Source: Octopus sinensis | Lineage: Eukaryota | Direction: 5' to 3' | NCBI RefSeq assembly: GCF_006345805.1 | Contig: NC_043015.1 | Span: 24,428,001-24,492,000 of the forward strand | DNA: 64,000 nt | In this document: positions 59,346 to 64,000 of the stretch, in pieces | Numbering within the stretch: position 1 is the first letter of the stretch | Layout of the letters: every line of letters begins with the position of its first letter | Translations under genes and position numbers: made by a program | The notes under the pieces: generated by a model | Databases searched by the model: none | The model's input: only the letters and a program-made list of their open reading frames with translations | Told to the model about the DNA's origin: nothing

Positions 59346-59454
59346 ATATATATATATACATACACATACAGACAGACATATATATACAAACACAGAGATC
59401 TGTATACACACAGATATACATACATATACATAGATATGTGTGTGTGTGTGTCGT

Positions 59455-59645
59455 TTGCTTCTTTTGTTTCAGTCATTAGACTGCGGCCATGCTGGGGTAC
59501 AGCGTTGAATTTTTAGTTGAATGAATTGACCCCAGTATTTTGTTTATTTTTAAGTCTGGTACTTGTTGTATTCATCTCTTTTGCCGACCCGCTAAGTTCT
59601 AGACACACCAACACCTGTTGTCAAGTGGTGTGGACGGGGCAAAGC
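59455..59645 (-). mobile_element. SINE family 3, 3' part
   Basis: TTGTTTCAGTCATTAGACTGCGGCCATGCTGGGG...GACCCCAGTATT...TCTCTTTTGCCGACCCGCTAAGTT. Confidence 0.8.
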
Positions 59646-59873
59646 ACAGACAGAAAGATACACACATACACGCAGATGTACATCTCTTTCAGCTTTAACT
59701 ATCTATCTATCTATCTATATATCTATAGATATATACATATAAGATTAATCAGCCGAAATTGCGAGGATGATCCGGTTCTTGACTGAAGATTGAAGGCTTC
59801 GAATGTCCCGTCTGTGTTTTTTGTATCGTTTTCTAAATGTTTTACGTTCTTGTCCCAGTTTGTATTTTTTTAC

Positions 59874-59904
<31 letters not shown>

Positions 59905-61613
59905 TCAACTTAATTTGCTATGTTTGACAAATTGTTTCAATTCACAAAGACAACATAAACGATGTCATATTCTTAGAGTAAGAAAATATGTTTATGACAC
60001 CCAAATGAATTCTCCCCAAAAGAAATTCTGAACCAATAGCGCTATAAACATTTTCTATAAGATATATTTGCAATTCTTTAAATCCATAAAAAAAATTCAA
60101 CGACACATGCACTACCCAGTGAAACTCAGTATGATTACTTAAGACCTCGAAATCGCTTCACTTGACAGCATCAGTCAACTTGAAAATCTCTCCCTGGCAG
60201 CACCAACCAAAGAAGAAACTTCGAAGTAATTAATGGAAGCAATGACGGGAACTCTACCTTGTGCATTCAGTCAATGAAGAATCACTGCCTGGTGCTTTCA
60301 ACCAACAAGTGAATTTCCCAGTCGATGCTGCAGACTAGGAAGAAAGTTCAAGAACGGCAAAGAAGGAACATAAATATGGCCGTCGAATACAAGAACATTT
60401 CAATGTGGTTGCTTGAGCCAATAAGAGAATGGTCACTGATGTTAAAAAGGTAACAACAGGGAGATATCTGGAGTCAAGCAAATAGTGGAACATTTATGTG
60501 TACGACAGAATCTATGAAGAACTTGTAGCATGATCCCTAGGGCCAAAGTAAAAGGTGTCATGGCGGCTCATACAAACGAACAAACGAAAACATGGTTGCT
60601 GTTGGAATAACAATGGGGTCACTGGATCTAGTGAGTGAGCCTCAACAAAATCACTGCAAATAATGGGTGACCTCTATGACCATCATTTTACACAAAACAA
60701 AGAATACAAAAACAAAATGTAACTTTAGATACAACATCTGATAAAGAAACAAAACGAGATGGTCATGGCTGAACTGCCTTTCTTCACAAAAGAATATGAT
60801 AAAGATGACCAGGTTCTAAGCAACTATGAAGATGAATAAAATATAAATAATGGTCTATTCGTATCTAAACTTATAAAACTTTGTCGAGAAGGAAAGTTTT
60901 ATTTTGTTTATGAAAAATATAAATCTTCACTAAAATAACCGACATTTTAATAATGTAGGTTATTTTATTGTTTTTCTTTTTTTTTTTACTAATAATTTAA
61001 ATTGATGTATAGTGTTGCAGATCGTGCAATACACTATATAGTGACTCGCATGCACATAAAATCTCTTATAAATACACACACACAATCATACTGAGTTTAT
61101 TTTTTTAATAGTCAATTCCTTCTCATTAACTGAATCACTCCCTTTACCTCTATGCATATATGTGTGTGTATATATATTTATATATGTGTGTGTACATATA
61201 TGTGTGTATGTGTTCGTATCTATCTATCTATATATGTATGCATATATGTATGTATTTATCATATATGCATATATATATATGACATAAGGTAACATTAAAT
61301 ATATATATATTTATATAATATACTCTAGTTTATGGTATATATTGTACAATATAATAGGTATACAGGCATATATATGTAGATGCATGTGTGTATATATATG
61401 TGTGTGTGTGTGTATTTATACATATAAACTTGCATACATATGTGTGTGATGTGTGTGGTTAGTGCAGACTTTATTTCCTGGTTTCTGGATTCAGTTTGCA
61501 TAAGCTCTTTATTGTCAGTAAATATTTTATTAAAGTTTAAAGTGGCATTTAAAAGTCTAGCGAAAGAAGAAAATGGTGCTTCTTTCCCAGCAGCAGATCA
61601 GAAAATGGTGGGG

Positions 61614-61713
61614 NNNNNNNNNNNNNNNNNNNNNNNNNNNNNNNNNNNNNNNNNNNNNNNNNNNNNNNNNNNNNNNNNNNNNNNNNNNNNNNNNNNNNNN
61701 NNNNNNNNNNNNN
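61614..61713. other. Assembly gap (100 N)
   Basis: Run of N. A round 100 usually marks a gap of unknown size. Confidence 0.99.
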
Positions 61714-62216
61714 TTAAGTTGGTAAATGCTGCCATAATCCTTGCCTTCAGTTCATCTTTGGTGATACAAGGAGTTTTGTAGGTCTCTTACTCAACTGCAC
61801 ATCACACATAATAATCAAGAGGGCTGCAGTCAGTGGAATTAGGGACCATGACTGGGTTCTCCTGCTTGTGTGGTATGGTGCTGAGTCCTGTTGCCAGATA
61901 TAGGGCTTTCCAGCAGCCATCCTCTTGACCCAGGGCAGTAGTACCTCCTCCAAACACTTGATGTAGGCTTCCGTGATGAGTGTGAGGCTGTGTGGGAAGA
62001 TGAATGGAGACATAACATCGCCATCACTAATGGTCACTCCAAACCCCATGATGTTGATTGGATGTTTGAGTTTTATCACTCTCGGTACATGTTTTCAGTT
62101 TGCACTATCCTCAAATTGATGCCCAAACACTCTAAAATGTTCGTATTGGAGCTTCTTGCACGAATGCCAAGTAGTACAGCAAGTTTCTAAATTTATAGCA
62201 GAGTGAAATGTGTCAT
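61714..62216 (-). pseudogene. Internally deleted DD37D (maT-like) Tc1/mariner transposase relic
   Basis: From ATG at 62216: MTHFTL...AVLLGIRARSSNTNILECLGINLRIVQ, then KHPINIMGFGVTISDGDVMSPFIFP...WVKRMAAGKPYIWQQDSAPYHTSRRTQSW, a deletion, then NSTDCSPLDYYV*CAVE...ELKARIMAAF. Confidence 0.85.
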
Positions 62217-62571
62217 GGTGCTGTTCTTCTTACAGATGGTACCCAACTGATCCTAATATAGTGTGTAATCAACAAAATCAAAAACAAACAATGCACATGT
62301 GTGAAATTAAAAATATAAAATGGCAACAATTTACCCATCGCACCCTGTATATGGGGTTGCTGTATTAATCTACATGATGTTAGAGTATGCATGTATGTGT
62401 CTCTATATGTGTGTGTCTGTGCATGTCTATGTGCCTGTGTATGTGTGTGTATATGCTTGTTTGTGTGTATATATATATATATATATATTATATTACTCTA
62501 CTTCTGTTATTTAAGTACTCTTTTTTCCACCTTGTTTTCACATTATGTGCTTACTCCGGTACTTACTATAT

Positions 62572-62638
<67 letters not shown>

Positions 62639-62789
62639 TCGACTCTGTGGTACATGTTAGAAATATTAAACATTTATCACATAAAGTATGATAACTTGAT
62701 TGTTTCCTGCACACTTAACATGGCAACAAGGTAATAATTATTGTAATATATTATCATATATTATTATAATAACAGTGATTAAATCTTAC

Positions 62790-62858
62790 CTGGCGTGACA
62801 CTCTATCCTTCTTTACTTTAATATCACTCAAATCCTTTTCAAGGGCACTCAGTTCTGC
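62790..62858 (-). CDS. Probable 69-nt phase-0 exon of a host coiled-coil protein, AELSALEKDLSDIKVKKDRVSRQ
   Basis: Branch-point-like CTAAT, pyrimidine tract CTTCTCTCTATTTCTTTTTCTCTCTGTTTTAG|GCA and donor CAG|GTAAGA. Only one frame is open and the peptide has heptad character. Gene not recognised. Confidence 0.6.
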
Positions 62859-63164
62859 CTAAAACAGAGAGAAAAAGAAATAGAGAGAAGTTATTAGGTA
62901 TTTGTAATTCTACGTCAGTGCTCCTCAGCACACAAAAAAAAGTTATTATAGATTTATTATGCAAATTTTAAAAAATGTCAAAGATAAATTTCAGCTCTGA
63001 GAGGAGGAAAATCAGGAAAAGAGTACAAGAGAATCACAAGATATCCAAGAAGATACAATTGGTATTGAGAGTGTTTCAATCCAGTTGAGCTTTGATTGAA
63101 AATGAAATGGGTTTCAACTGACCTACCTGTTTCATCTGTGTGTGTGTGGTAAGTATAGGCATAG

Positions 63165-63605
63165 GAGTGGCTGTGAGGTAAGTAGCTTCCTTACCAACCA
63201 CATGGTTCAGGGTTCAGTCCCACTGCATGGCACCTTGGGCAAGTGTCTTCTACTATAGCCTCAAGCCAACCAAAGCCTTGTGAGTGGATTTGGTAGACAG
63301 AAACAGAAAGAAGCCCATCATGTATGTATGTATATGTATGAATATATATATGTATGTGTGTGTGTGTATGTATGTATGTGTGTGTGTATATGTTTGTGTG
63401 TCTGTGTTTGTCCCCCACCCAACATCGCTTGACAACAGAAGCTGGTGTGTTTACATCCCCATAACTTAGCGATTCGGCAAAAGAGACCAATAGAATAAGT
63501 ACCAGGCTTACAAAGAATCAGTGCGGGGGTCGATCTGGTTGACTAAAAAGGGTGGTGCTCCAGCATGGCCATAGTCAAATGAATGAAACAAGTAAAAGAG
63601 TAAAT
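63165..63605 (+). mobile_element. SINE family 3, full length with internal microsatellite
   Basis: Head GGAGTGGCTGTGAGGTAAG...GGTTCAGTCCCACTG...GGCACCTTGGGCAAGTG, internal (TATG)/(TG)n, tail GGTGGTGCTCCAGCATGGCCATAGTCAAATGAATGAAACAAGTAAAAG. Confidence 0.92.
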
Positions 63606-63674
63606 GAATAAGTCTTTATAAATACATTTATACACACACACGTATATATGTGCATGCATATATATGTGTGTGCA

Positions 63675-63711
<37 letters not shown>

Positions 63712-63744
63712 CTGGCAGTTGCCATGATAGATTGGTGGCCACTA

Positions 63745-63910
63745 CACACATTTTTTTCTCTCCTTGTTTCTTTCTGTGTTCCTTTCTGTAGAAGAGCGTA
63801 GGCTCGAAACCTAAAAGACTTTTTCAATTCCTGAGCGTTATACTAATACATCTGTTTGTTTTCTACACCACCTGTCTTCGTCTTTTGTCTTTTCGTGAAC
63901 TTTCCCTATA
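63745..63910 (+). mobile_element. Hammerhead-bearing dispersed element, copy 3 (motif at 63782-63817)
   Basis: CUUU-CUGUAGA-A-GAGC(guag)GCUC-GAAA-CC-UA^AAAG, with stems I and II perfect and the CG palindrome changed to CC. Confidence 0.85.
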
Positions 63911-64000
63911 TATACGCACACACACGTATATATGTGCATGAATATATATGTGTGTGGCTGTGTGTATGTAGATATATATACACACACACACACATATATA

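Noticed and set aside
61440-61781. 113-aa ORF spanning the N run
   Set aside because: It is open only because N codons are not stops, and the two sides may not be adjacent.
62993-63061. Plus-strand exon candidate (LRGGKSGKEYKRITRYPRRYN)
   Set aside because: It has a short pyrimidine tract and lies in the intron just upstream of the much stronger minus-strand exon. Its purine-rich composition is explained by pyrimidine-rich intron sequence on the other strand.

Overview
This is AT-rich, microsatellite-dense eukaryotic DNA. The repeat families point to a coleoid cephalopod, most likely an octopus (inference from pattern recognition; no database search was run). There is a 100-N scaffold gap at 61614-61713. 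No complete host gene is visible. A few splice-site-bounded exon candidates exist, the best a 69-nt phase-0 coiled-coil exon at 62790-62858 on the minus strand, so most of the window is probably intronic or intergenic. Mobile elements found: about 30 tRNA-derived SINE copies in four families; a 5'-truncated CR1-group LINE whose roughly 1000-aa endonuclease-RT ORF2 is broken only by one extra A in a homopolymer (39187-42496, minus); decayed RTE and R4/Dong-type LINE pieces; a Gypsy integrase fragment enclosed by Helentron-like ends; two head-to-tail Helitron dimers; a fold-back Tc1 element; and a DD37D (maT-like) transposase relic. The most interesting signal is about a dozen minimal type I hammerhead ribozyme motifs of the Penelope-associated kind, in at least five unrelated sequence families. 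Several sit as opposite-polarity pairs inside fold-back elements. Two unrelated families carry the same non-canonical core, CUGU(U/A)GA instead of CUGANGA, while stems I and II pair fully in their best copies. Self-cleavage is untested. The window also holds several near-perfect palindromes associated with (TA)n tracts. Nearly all ORFs in the supplied track are microsatellite artefacts or antisense to transposon relics. All coordinates and folds were read by eye.
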